A stretch of 63,587 nucleotides of DNA, the filler included, from Octopus bimaculoides (lineage: Eukaryota): the NCBI RefSeq assembly GCF_001194135.2. It is 5 parts of 4 records of this genome, joined end to end, with 100 filler letters (N's around TTAATTAATTAA, not from the genome) between each part and the next. Parts side by side here need not be neighbours in the genome. Positions count along the whole stretch, not along the records: positions 28,438 to 50,735 come from NC_068981.1; positions 50,836 to 58,727 come from NC_068997.1; positions 58,828 to 60,808 come from NC_068983.1; positions 60,909 to 63,587 come from NW_026330882.1; 1 more part is not named here. One strand, 5' to 3'. Under the pieces are notes generated by a model that had not been told where the DNA came from, did no database searches, and was given only the letters and a program-made list of their open reading frames with translations. The translations under genes and the position numbers were made by a program. Of this stretch, positions 49,788 to 62,290 are shown piece by piece. How positions within the stretch are numbered: position 1 is the first letter of the stretch; every line of letters begins with the position of its first letter.

Positions 49788-50404
49788 GATTCTGTATCCT
49801 CTCTTCAAAATCACATCAAATAAAATGTAATGCCAATACAGTTGCATACACAAATATACACACTGACACACAGACACGATTATTTACGTCAAATCATACA
49901 ATCTGCTATTCACATATGCAATACACACACACACACACTCACACACACACACATGAACACACATACACACACACACATGTATATAGAACAAGCAACCAAA
50001 AATCAAGTTTGAGACTGTAATTTTCTTTTTTTTTTTTATATAAAAGTGATTATTTTTATATTTTTGAAAAATGGAAATCCTTCCATTTGAAAATACATAA
50101 ATAAAAGATTATGAAGTAACAAAAGATTAAAAAAATAAAGGATTTACCGTCGAACATGTAATGGGTTCCAATCAGAGATCACCTGATAAAAGTATATGTG
50201 ACTGGAGTGGGGGGTGTCATATAGATAGGAAAGATTAGAGGCGATGGGGTTCTGGCAGAAACCTTAGTAGAATACCAGTAGAATATTGGCACAACAAAGA
50301 GCAGACATGAAGATTGGAAACATGGAACGAAATTATACATCTTTGTAAAAATGAGTTGCTCAGCAAACTTTCGACTGTGATATATATATATATATATATA
50401 TATA

Positions 50405-50720
50405 TCTATGGGAGAATATACGAAAAAACAACAACAGACGAGGACAGGTGGTGTAAATAACAAAAGATGTATTAGTATGACGCTCGGGAATACGGAAAGT
50501 CTTTGACGTTTCGAGCTACGCTCTTCAACAGAAAGAATACGGAGACAAGGAGAAAAACACGGAGAAAAAAAATTGAATAGTGTCCAGTCAACGGTCAATC
50601 ATAATAATGGCTGATCATAACAATGGCTGACCGGAAGTTAGAAATTATTTTTTCAGGAGAGCTAAGAAAAGGGGGAGATAACAAACGGTGATCGAAGAAC
50701 GAGGGGCTGTGTGTGGGAGA
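50405..50720 (-). mobile_element. Penelope-like pseudo-LTR fragment at a (TA)n tract
   Basis: GGGAGAAT.TACGAAAAAA..CAGACGAGGACAGGTGG shared with 48818-48868; contains the hammerhead-like motif below. Confidence 0.55.
50500..50536 (-). ncRNA. minimal type-I hammerhead-ribozyme-like motif
   Basis: Minus strand TCTTT / CTGTTGA / A-GAGC-GTA-GCTC / GAAA C GT C / AAAGA: 5-bp stem I, A6U-variant core, 4-bp stem II, palindromic ACGT stem III, GUC triplet. Confidence 0.6.
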
Positions 50721-50735
50721 TAGAATGCTGGTGAT

Positions 50736-50835
50736 NNNNNNNNNNNNNNNNNNNNNNNNNNNNNNNNNNNNNNNNNNNNTTAATTAATTAANNNNNNNNN
50801 NNNNNNNNNNNNNNNNNNNNNNNNNNNNNNNNNNN
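50736..50835. other. artificial assembly spacer
   Basis: 44 N + TTAATTAATTAA + 44 N. Confidence 0.95.
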
Positions 50836-50871
<36 letters not shown>

Positions 50872-51059
50872 GCATATATGTGTTATCCCCATAACTTAAA
50901 TTTCAGTAAAAACCTACTATAAAATATACCATCCTTAATAAGAAAGTGTCTATTCATTCGGCTAAAATTCTTGAAGACAGTCTACATAATCACAGATACA
51001 CAAAGGATGAGGCAGGCACACACATACGCGCGCGCGCGCAGTCTGACAGACAGACCGAC

Positions 51060-51118
<59 letters not shown>
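51060..51118. repeat. (GATA)n microsatellite
   Basis: direct reading. Confidence 0.95.
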
Positions 51119-51512
51119 GAAAACGATAAATAGACAGATGCGTTTATTATGTAAAAATTTGGCAGTCATCTCCTAATATCGCAGCAAGATAGAGTTCTGT
51201 ATCAGATAATATTTGCTGCATGTAATAGATATTTCAGCATTCTTTACAACACTTGCACATATATACACACACTAACACTCAAGCATGTATGTACATGTGT
51301 GACTGTGAATTTATACATACACATAATATATATATATATATTCATATGCATAAATATACACACATATATATATATGCACACACGCGCGAACTCACTCTCA
51401 CATACATGTAAGCATCAAAATTTTCTCGAAGTGCGTGACCTAAGAATGTAAACAAAGTTTTTGTCCTATAAATTTTGATTTATTTTACTGTTGTCATAAA
51501 CGCTGTGTTGTA

Positions 51513-51555
<43 letters not shown>

Positions 51556-51565
51556 NNNNNNNNNN

Positions 51566-51602
<37 letters not shown>

Positions 51603-52164
51603 TCACACACACACAGCGGTTCGCTTAATGAGAAGGGGCCGTGCCCATTCACATCGAAGGCTTTCCTTCCGACGGCCTGCCATTGAAATTAATATCATTT
51701 GCGTTCTGCTTAAACTGCTGCAAGTCGACGTCTTCACGAAACAGACATGTGCAGTGCGGCTGCGTGGTTGAATCCAGGACGGAAACGAACGTTCAGAAGG
51801 GGATCGACTGGGCGTAGTGTTTTGTTGCGAGGACTGGGGAAATAAACACCATAGATGTGATGAGAAGAGGCTGGTAAGTCGCATACGCCTGAGTGGATGC
51901 TGGATGGTCTACAAGCCTAGCCGTGAAACTCCCGGGGTCAAGGTTCGTTGTAGCGATGGAAGAAAAAACTGAGAAAGGAGAGTGTCACTACGTCTATGGG
52001 AGCTTGGGATTGGAGGGTGTTTGTGACCGATTTTACATCAAGCAGTTTACTGGCCTCCTCTGCCCTGGTTGGCCTAGCGTAGCTGTGTTGTGCTGTTTAT
52101 TTTATCTATCTATCAAATCTGTCCATCTATCTATCTATCTATCTATCTATTTATCTGCATTGAT

Positions 52165-52372
52165 TTCAAATTTTGGCACAAGGCCAGCAACTTCGGGGTA
52201 AGGGGTAAGTCGATTACATCGACGCCAGTGTTAAACTGGTACATATTTTATTGACCCCGAGCGAATGAAAGGCAAAGTCTACTACGGCAGTATTCGAACT
52301 GAGAATGTAAAGTCGGAAGAAAATGCCGCTAAGCATTTTTCCCGGCACGGTAACAATTCTGCCAGATCACGG
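52165..52372 (-). mobile_element. SINE family A
   Basis: TTTCAAATTTTGGCACAAGGCCAGC..TCGATTACATCGAC..AAGGCAAAGTC..AAGCATTTTTCCCGGCACG. Confidence 0.8.
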
Positions 52373-52742
52373 CCTTCAGTCTATCTATCTGTCTATCTAT
52401 CTATCTATCTATTTATCTATCTATCTAAATTAATGTTTGTTTTTATGCTTAGCTATAATAAAACAATGTTAAATCTCTGAACGAGGTATAAACAGTAGCT
52501 GCACGTCAACGTGGCAAATATAATTCACAAATAATAAAATATGCTTCACATATAATAAAATATACTTCACATATAATAAAATATACTTCACATATACTTT
52601 ACATATAATAAAACAATTTTACATTAAGCTGACTGGTTAATCTATACTTTTGTAGAAAACAGATTTATTATTTTTATAAAATAATGTTGTTGACAGTGAC
52701 TTCGAAGTTTCGTATGCATTTATTTATATGTATATAATATAA

Positions 52743-52773
<31 letters not shown>

Positions 52774-53633
52774 NNNNNNNNNNNNNNNNNNNNNNNNNNN
52801 NNNNNNNNNNNNNNNNNNNNNNNNNNNNNNNNNNNNNNNNNNNNNNNNNNNNNNNNNNNNNNNNNNNNNNNNNNNNNNNNNNNNNNNNNNNNNNNNNNNN
52901 NNNNNNNNNNNNNNNNNNNNNNNNNNNNNNNNNNNNNNNNNNNNNNNNNNNNNNNNNNNNNNNNNNNNNNNNNNNNNNNNNNNNNNNNNNNNNNNNNNNN
53001 NNNNNNNNNNNNNNNNNNNNNNNNNNNNNNNNNNNNNNNNNNNNNNNNNNNNNNNNNNNNNNNNNNNNNNNNNNNNNNNNNNNNNNNNNNNNNNNNNNNN
53101 NNNNNNNNNNNNNNNNNNNNNNNNNNNNNNNNNNNNNNNNNNNNNNNNNNNNNNNNNNNNNNNNNNNNNNNNNNNNNNNNNNNNNNNNNNNNNNNNNNNN
53201 NNNNNNNNNNNNNNNNNNNNNNNNNNNNNNNNNNNNNNNNNNNNNNNNNNNNNNNNNNNNNNNNNNNNNNNNNNNNNNNNNNNNNNNNNNNNNNNNNNNN
53301 NNNNNNNNNNNNNNNNNNNNNNNNNNNNNNNNNNNNNNNNNNNNNNNNNNNNNNNNNNNNNNNNNNNNNNNNNNNNNNNNNNNNNNNNNNNNNNNNNNNN
53401 NNNNNNNNNNNNNNNNNNNNNNNNNNNNNNNNNNNNNNNNNNNNNNNNNNNNNNNNNNNNNNNNNNNNNNNNNNNNNNNNNNNNNNNNNNNNNNNNNNNN
53501 NNNNNNNNNNNNNNNNNNNNNNNNNNNNNNNNNNNNNNNNNNNNNNNNNNNNNNNNNNNNNNNNNNNNNNNNNNNNNNNNNNNNNNNNNTATATATATAT
53601 ATATATATATACATACATACATACATACATACA

Positions 53634-53667
<34 letters not shown>

Positions 53668-54569
53668 CGTGCGTACATGCATAGACGATGGGCTTCCACA
53701 CAGTATAAAAATTCACTTACAGCAAGGTCTTAATCAGCCAGGAAGGTTTTAATCAGTAGGAGACAAGCAGTGGGATTAAAGCCGAAATTACGTGATTGAA
53801 AAACGAAATTCTTGGTCACACTATTGAGCAATAGCGGGCCTACAGAAGGACATGCTGCTTTATAGAACAATAGCGGCCCTATTAAGGGTATGCTGCACTA
53901 TTCAACAATAGTTGCTCTAGTTAAGGTGCCACGAGAAGGAATAAAACCCAGAATCACAAGAGTATATAGCCTACTGCTTATCTTCACTTTTGGCATACCT
54001 GCACCTTGTATGGTTCGTCTCTGTTAATGATCTTTGCTTGATTTCAACTTTTCAGCGTTCTGAATTAAAATTTTGTCGTTGGTCTTCGAATTTTTTTTTT
54101 TTTTTTTTTTTTTTGAGCCATCTATCGCAGTAACGTGTGAGATCAATAAAATGCGTACGAAATCATCTGATTTCTTTCGATCTGAACGATTCTACACAAC
54201 CCATATAAATCTGTGACCTAGTTCTATTATAAAAAAACAAATCAATATTATGATAACGTTTTACACCTTTGTAAAAAAAAAAAAATAATAATAATAATAA
54301 TGATAATAATAATAATAATAATAATGATAATAATATAAATCAAAGCAAAACAATAAAGCAAGACAACCACCTCCGACCTCCCTCATATACACATGATATA
54401 ATCGATATTGGTTTATTATTAGATCGTGACATTAATCTTGTTAGAAATCAATAGAAATTACACGTGTAATTATCGATTATATTAGAAAAATCAATGTAAA
54501 TAAAGATAACGGTATGTGTGTATTTACGTATGTTATGGATATCTATCAATCTATACATTTCCTTTTACA

Positions 54570-54610
<41 letters not shown>

Positions 54611-55856
54611 GCACGCGCGCGCGCACACACATATACATTTATATACATGCAGATGGTACAAGACAGTTTTATATATATATATATATANNNNNNNNNNNNN
54701 NNNNNNNNNNNNNNNNNNNNNNNNNNNNNNNNNNNNNNNNNNNNNNNNNNNNNNNNNNNCATATACATACGTATAATTTTATACAGTTTCATTTGTTTCT
54801 GTGCTACTTCAAGTTCCGCAGGCCCCCGAAAGGGAGCCCGACTGTATTTGCTAGTCTATGCATATCTATGTATGTATGCATATGTACGTATGTATAAAAG
54901 TTTAGTATAAGATGTGGATTCAGCGTTTCGAGTTTAACCACCACCCCACCTCCCTCTCTCTCTTTCGCCCCTATTCCCTTCTCTGTCACTCTCTGTATGT
55001 ATGTATATATATATATATATATATATATAACTGTTCTCATTCGCTGTCATTTTTCTTGCAAATATGACAATTTTCTAATGCGCTTCTTTGACAGGGCAAC
55101 AATGAATGCCGCCTAATTATGGTCATTCTCCAAATTATATACTTCTAAGGCCCAAAACCACATCCTGGTTTTCTAGGCATTGGAAATGCTTTATGCTTGA
55201 GTATTTGAAAAAGGGTTGGCGCTTCGGAACTCAAAGGGCCATGATTAGACATCACAATGCATCATATGTAGATAATTTACAATCTTAGATTTTATTTTTT
55301 TTTTTAGATTTTATTTTATTTTATTTTAGTTTAATTTTTCTATTAACCCGAATTGATTAGAGATAAACTTGACCTCGGTCATGTTTGAGCATCGAACACA
55401 AACACCCGGTACAAATGTCGCTGGGTTCTCCGGAACGTTTTAACAATACTTTCAGTTCGTATACTGAATGGCATATGCTTGCTTTAAGTAGGTTTAATGA
55501 ATGCATCAAGATGTAATAGAGCCGAAAATAATTGGTGTACTAGACAACCCTGAATGCAAGTTGATGAAATATGAAAAATGATATTTCGGATCGTAAACAA
55601 GGAAATATGCATATGACTGAATGTCAGCTAAATCTTCCTCATATCACGACCTTCCGTTAAAAAAAAGAAAACGCGTGCGCGCGAACACACTCACGCACAC
55701 ACGTATATATACGTTCATTCATTCATATTCATACATATATACCTATACACATATATGCATACAAACATGCATTCATATGGATACATATACACATACACTC
55801 CCATATATATATATATATATATACTCTTTTACTTGTTTCAGTCATTTGACTGCGGC

Positions 55857-55929
<73 letters not shown>

Positions 55930-55934
<5 letters not shown>

Positions 55935-56130
55935 CATGATTGTGGTTTCGAATCTGGACGAGGCGATACGTTGTGTTCTTGAGCAAAACACTTTATTTCA
56001 CGCTGGTTGTTCCAGTTCATTCAGTTGCTCTAAATGAGCATCCTTGTGATGGAACAGCGTCCCAACCAAACGGTGAATATATACGCCACAAAATCAGGGA
56101 AACCGGTGTATGAGTTTATATGATTCGGGA
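55930..56130 (+). mobile_element. SINE family D-like
   Basis: GTGGTTTCGAATC..CGTTGTGTTCTTGAGCAAAACACTTTATTTCACG. Confidence 0.55.
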
Positions 56131-56329
56131 ATGTGCATTATCATTATGTGTGTGTGTGTGTGTGTGTTTGTGTACATGCGTGCGTGCATGTGTGAGTGTG
56201 TGTCTGTCTGTTTCTCTGTCCGTCTGTCTGTCTATGTATCTAGCTAGTTAGCTATCTATTCAGTTATCTTTCTATCTGTATATATGTGCATCGATCTGGA
56301 CTCGTTGATCATTTCGTCTTCACCTCATC

Positions 56330-57990
56330 AATGGCTGATATTACATCCTCTTACTTTGAAACTTTGTAAAAGATGGTTGTCACTTTCTTGTGTGGATGTG
56401 CGGTGCTCAAATACTCATCAGTCTTGCTTATTTACATATCTCCCCACTGTGGAAGTGAAAGCATTTTGGAATTGTTTAGTGAGTATTTCTCTTTTCCGCG
56501 CAATGTCTGTAGTTTGTGAGCCATTTTCTTTAAATTGTAGTCCTATCTTTCAGAACGTGGAAGCAGGTTCTCTTGAAATATTTTTAGAAGGATACGAGAT
56601 TCATTTTTAGCTTTTTCAACCGCCCCGTTTTCTTTTCCCTTTCTTTTTCATGGGGAGCTCCGCGTTTATCATCGATCTTCAAAAGTGCCTCTTTGAGGTA
56701 GGATTTGTCATTGTCATTAAGCGATTCGAAATATTTATTCTCCATCTCATAGATTCGCCTGCCTCGGGGAATAATATTTTGCGTATTGGCTCTTCCCTCG
56801 GGGGAAAATGTAATGCGTATAGTCTGAGATAAATTCTTTGAATTTCATGTCAATGTCTGCGTAGAGATACTATAGGCCAATTGTGTTTCAGGATCTGTTT
56901 TACTTAATTAATTTAGAATCAGCCTTGTACACCTTCAAATTGGATAGGGTTGGATTCTCTCTGTATGAAATACATCTGTAATTACTTTTGGATTATATAT
57001 TGTTCGTTCTATTATGTTATGGTCTAAGAAAATTGTCGGTGATTTTTCACATTGCGGATAAGTTCCTCGTAGTTATTAAAGAAATCGAAGTTCTTATTGT
57101 TCGTGGTTGAGAAGAGTATGGTTTCCTCCGTGACCATCATATTTGCGAGCTCAACAGGATTCTGCTTGATTCCGGTATTTGCGTGCAGTTCCTGAAGATT
57201 ATGTCGCCTTCGGGCCATCTAATGTTCGGAAAATTAAAGTCACCCATCAGGAGAATATTACGTCACTGATCTAGTTTTGTTTGTACGTCTTTTATCAGTT
57301 CAAGACTTCCCTCAAATTTACCATCGTGATTTGGGGCATCAGGTGAACGATATTACCATATCAAGTTGCTTTAAATGCTATATGAGCGTATCACAGACCG
57401 AGTTTGAATGTGAGAGATCTTCTACTATGACATCTTTCTCTTCTGCTTCTGTGGAATACTGGGTGCATTGGTATGTGCAGCTCTGCATCACTTATGTCTG
57501 CAGACAGATGAGTTACAGTAAATGCTATGCATGTTGCTTGATTGCAAGCGAGATCCCTCAGCTACGCAATTTTGCTTTTCCTGTTGAGTTGTAAGAGGCT
57601 TTTGATATTTATCACCAAAATTGGCATGATGTTCGAATTGTGGCCAATGGTGGCCATTCAGGGACTATTATTTGGGGTTTATTTGTAAACAAGACAGCTG
57701 TCACACTATCTTTCGAGACAAGCTAAAAAAACAATTTCTTCTGTACAACTACTGCTCTCACTACATCTACAAACTGGTGTAGTGTGAGTTGCACCTATCC
57801 CGTGATTGTCCGCTGCGTTCTTGGTTGAGCGGAGCATAGCAAATACTTTGAGTTCCTCTCTGTCTGTGATTTGGATGCGCAAAGCAGCACCTTTTATTAT
57901 TTCTTTTGTCTCTTCATACCAGCAGACAACATTTACGTAGAATTTGCAGATAGCTCCCGCATCATGAACGGTTTTCTAGTAACGAAGTCG
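56330..57990 (-). mobile_element. CR1-like LINE 5' region: apurinic-type endonuclease and upstream CCCH-like finger, degraded
   Basis: FTVTHLSADISDAELHIP, ILLMGDFNFPNIRW and DHNIIE motifs (57000-57520); ICKFYVN.VC.Y..(frameshift)CCFAHP at ~57870-57950. Confidence 0.75.
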
Positions 57991-58070
57991 GGACCCCAAT
58001 ATTTTAAACTTTTATTTCATTAGAGATTTAGCAAGTTCCTATTTTTTCACCGCTTCGATATATATGTGTG

Positions 58071-58127
<57 letters not shown>

Positions 58128-58247
58128 ATGAAAGTTTCTGCGTCTGTGTATTTACATACGTACATGTTTATGAAATCAAACGGTTGAGTACCCACGAAAA
58201 TAACATGAACACATACACTGATAGACGCATGTGTGCTTTTCACAGGC

Positions 58248-58285
<38 letters not shown>

Positions 58286-58603
58286 TTTCTGTGTGTATGT
58301 GTGTGTGTGAATACATTTGACACAACATCGGTGATCTTAATCACTGTCTTGTGCAAAAAATGTAACATTTCCATTCGATAGAATAAAGATCGATAATGTA
58401 AGTAACTGAAAAGAAATGGTTTCAGAGCTACAGACGATTGCCAAGAACGATCGTCTAAGACAAGCTTAACAGCAGTTGATACGACACGCATGCCTACTTG
58501 CACACAGACAAAAAGACAGACGCATTAACGCGCACACACTCACACACCTACAAACACATGTAGAAGAAGGATATATAGATTGATATATGTATACACATAC
58601 GCC

Positions 58604-58654
<51 letters not shown>

Positions 58655-58727
58655 TGTGTTTGTGTATGTGTGTGTGTGTGTGAGTGAGTGAGAGGAAGAG
58701 AGAGCGATACAGGAATATAAATATATA

Positions 58728-58827
58728 NNNNNNNNNNNNNNNNNNNNNNNNNNNNNNNNNNNNNNNNNNNNTTAATTAATTAANNNNNNNNNNNNNNNNN
58801 NNNNNNNNNNNNNNNNNNNNNNNNNNN
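58728..58827. other. artificial assembly spacer
   Basis: 44 N + TTAATTAATTAA + 44 N. Confidence 0.95.
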
Positions 58828-59004
58828 AGATCGGGGCTTGTGGGGTCGGAGCGTGGCCTGATCATCGCTTCATTTGTGTTGTCTAACCTACTGTTAATAT
58901 CATTCGATTTTTTATATTTTATATAATTTTTAAAGTCATATTTTATGTAAACCATTCGCATTACTGATCCCAATCAGTTGTTTTGTACCATTCTATGTTT
59001 AGCC

Positions 59005-59400
59005 CCCTGTGGGCAATAAAGAAATTGATATTTCATCTGCCGTTACGTTCTGGGTTCAAATTCCGCCGAGGTCGACTTTGCTTTCATCCTTTCGAGGTCG
59101 ATAAATTAAGTACCAGTTGCGTACTGGAATCGATCTAATCGACTGGCCCTCCACTCCTCCAAAATTTCAGGGTTGTGCCTAGAGTAGAAAAGCATATTAA
59201 AATAGCAGAATCGTTAGCACACCGGGTAAAAAGTTTAGCAGCATTTCGTCCGTTTTTACATTCTGAATTCAAAGTCGACTTTACCTTTTATCCTTCCAGG
59301 GTCGATAAAACAAGCACCAGTTGAATACTAGGGTCGATGTAATCGACTTATCCCTTCCTCTAAAATTGTTGACCTTGTGCCAAATTTTGAAACCAATATT
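59005..59400 (+). mobile_element. two tandem family A SINEs
   Basis: GGGTTCAAATTCCGCCGAGGTCGACTTTG.. and GCAGAATCGTTAGCACACCGGG..GTGCCAAATTTTGAAACCA. Confidence 0.8.
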
Positions 59401-60359
59401 AAAATGGATTTGTTTTATTATTAACTTTAAACTAATGAGCGACTAAATACTTTGCAATCTTTCACGTTCAGGGTTCGATCCCTCCAAAGCCGACTGTATT
59501 TTCCATTGTTCCAGCTTATTCTTCTACTCATTATTTCATGTCTTCTCCCATTGTTATTATGGTACCAAGTTTTGTTAACTTCTCATCAATTTTTCTTTTT
59601 CCATCGGAGTTTTCTAGAAACATTAATCAAGCATACTGATTATGTTTCGATATCACATAACATCATCCATACCTCATCGAATATTACTTCTTTCTTGACA
59701 ATTTTCCAGTCGCTCACAGAGTCAATTTACTATCTTCAATTTCTTTTTTTTTTTTAATTGGGTTGTTCAATTTTAAGCCGACTCCTTTCTGATTTTGGAT
59801 TAGCTCTTTAATTTCCATATTTCTGTTGAAATGCACTGCTTTATTTCATTTAATTATGAAAATAAGCAAGAATCTACTAAAATAAACTTCATCATTATTG
59901 AGCTGGTGTTTGTAACGTAAATTAACATAGAATTTGGATAAAATGTTTTAATACAAATCTCTCTAAAACAGAAAGTTTACATCAGAGAATAAGGAGTAGT
60001 CTCAGGCAAGTTTGGTATCAAAAGAGTTAAGGAATGACACTCTTTGATCTCTTTGATGGAAGATTCTGACAATATATTTGGATGAGCATTTCCCCATCAG
60101 TACACAATCTTCAATATCTACAGGAATTAATATAATGATGAGATATCTAAATTGAACACTTCCCCTACTAAATTATCGAGAAGTTTTCAACTTATTAACG
60201 TCGTTAATTAATCAATTAATTATATTTGATTATAATAAATTTACTTTGAATTTCCAAAGTTCTGCGTAATTTGTAAATTGTAATGCAAGGGACATAACTC
60301 TATCGTTCCTAATGAGTTATTTCCCTTGAATTAACTTGGAACATTTAGGAAGTTCATTT

Positions 60360-60456
60360 TATTTATTTATTTATTTATTTATTTATCTATTTATTTATCT
60401 ATTTATTTATTTATTTATCTATTTATTTATCTATTTATTTATTTATTTATTTATTT
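60360..60456. repeat. (TTTA)n/(TCTA) microsatellite
   Basis: direct reading. Confidence 0.95.
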
Positions 60457-60574
60457 AGTATTTCTCAATTGAAGCGCCTGTGTAAACTAATAAGTTATGA
60501 TAGATTGAGAAGAAATAGCAAGACAACAAAAGAATGAAAGAGACCTCGATATTATGTAAATAGAGGAATTTATC

Positions 60575-60716
60575 TGTAAATATAATATGTGACAAATATT
60601 CGGTAGCCATGATAAAACTCCGAGTTTCGGATATCGGGGCGTGGGTTTCCACCCCGACATCCGAAACTCGGAGTTTTATCGTGGCTACCGAATAATTGTC
60701 ATATATTATATTTACA
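60575..60716. repeat. 142-bp near-perfect hairpin palindrome
   Basis: ~65-bp arms TGTAAATATAATATGTGACAAATATTCGGTAGCCATGATAAAACTCCGAGTTTCGGATATCGGGG with 4 mismatches; ~12-nt centre. Confidence 0.9.
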
Positions 60717-60808
60717 TATATATTTATATATATATAATACTATACTATATTCTGGTGCCTAAACATAAGCACCACATTCAATTTTGAATCTAAATCTTTT
60801 ATATATAT

Positions 60809-60908
60809 NNNNNNNNNNNNNNNNNNNNNNNNNNNNNNNNNNNNNNNNNNNNTTAATTAATTAANNNNNNNNNNNNNNNNNNNNNNNNNNNNNNNNNNNN
60901 NNNNNNNN
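60809..60908. other. artificial assembly spacer
   Basis: 44 N + TTAATTAATTAA + 44 N. Confidence 0.95.
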
Positions 60909-60952
<44 letters not shown>

Positions 60953-61609
60953 ACAAAAGAGGAGGTGTATTTCCATGCAGGAATAAGAGATAGGCAAATT
61001 TGTTGTTGAAAAAGCACCTAAATTTGAAAGACTTGTAATTGTTTAAATCAATTTATTTACATATATACCAAACTAGTTTCAACAATATGTTTCGTGTATA
61101 AATAGCAAAAATCTAAAATTATGAATTGGGAAAACATGTTCAAAAGTTTCAATGTTGACAAATTAAAATGTTCATAATAGACAAATTTAGAATTATGAAT
61201 TAGAAAGACATGTTCAGAAATGTCTATGTTGACAAGTTTAAATGTTCATAACAGTCAATAATATTAAAACTGTGCATCAATTTGTTTGAATTTTCAAAGC
61301 TCATTAGTGTTAGCAGTGATCGACAAGAAATGAATAACCTCAAAGTTTCAGTCATATTAAGTTAAGAGGGAAAAAAACAAGGGAGAAATGAAGATAGTAA
61401 AAAAAAGGGGATTTTGTTTACAATTTCACCAATCCACTTCTTATCCTATGTAGGAACTTTTCCTTGTAGTGGTGTGTTTTGGAATCTGGTGTATTTATAA
61501 TATTTTCCATGAGTGGATCTGATTCTTGATTCGTTAAAGTACTGGTGATGTCTTGTTTTTCTGGTGGCCAAGTTTGCCATTCTGATTGATTGGCTTCCCT
61601 GGGGGAACA

Positions 61610-62290
61610 GTTATCAGTCATTCTGGTTGTCCGCCAAAAACTGAAGCAAATACGATTTCAGGTCATCATCATTATTGAAAGCTTTACAATTCAAAGACTT
61701 TTGCAAACTTCGAAATAATTGGTAATCTGTAGGTGCAAGGTTATATGGTGGATGTGACATCATTTCCCAATCAAGCTCCAATAATGTTTCATGAGTTAGC
61801 AAAGACATGTGTGGTCTAGCATTGTCATGGTGGAACATGATTCCTTTATGATTTGCCAATTCTGGCCGTTTTTCTTTGATTGCTGCCTCCAGTTTCAGTT
61901 GTTGACAGCAAACATCTGAATTGATTGTTTGGTTCCATGGATGCAGCTCAAAATACACAACACCTTTGTAATCCCACTAAATTGACTGCATGACCTTTTT
62001 TGATGTAATTCAGCTTTCAATGTGGTTTGTCCTGATTCATTATGTTTGTACTATGATCATTTTTTATTGATGTTATTGTAGACAATCCATTTTTCATCAC
62101 CAGTGATGATTTGTTTTAAAAAAAAGGTTAATTTCATTACGCTTGAGATGGATATCACAAATATTAATTTGTTGTGTTAAGTGAATCACTTTCAATTTAT
62201 GTGGAACCCAAATATTGAGCTTCTTAATGAGTGCAAAATATTTTCAGTGATTTTCAATTGTGTGTGATACATTTAACCTCTCTGAAAACT
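61610..62290 (-). mobile_element. mariner (Mos1/SETMAR-like, DD34D) transposase remnant
   Basis: WVPH (~62205), GDEKWIVYNN (~62095), FHHDNARPH, HPPY-NLAPTDY.LFRSL; frameshifts, and the SPD of YSPDLAP is deleted. Confidence 0.92.

Noticed and set aside
52545-52610. ~21-bp tandem repeat CACATATAATAAAATATACTT
   Set aside because: Ordinary AT-rich minisatellite
24168-58503. Many HTHT/CVCV/YIYI/poly-X ORFs in the track
   Set aside because: Translations of dinucleotide microsatellites and N gaps
59452-59757. Hydrophobic 101-aa ORF as tetraspanin TM3
   Set aside because: No phase-0 acceptor in that frame and no conserved TM3 Glu/Gln; hydrophobicity reflects T-rich composition
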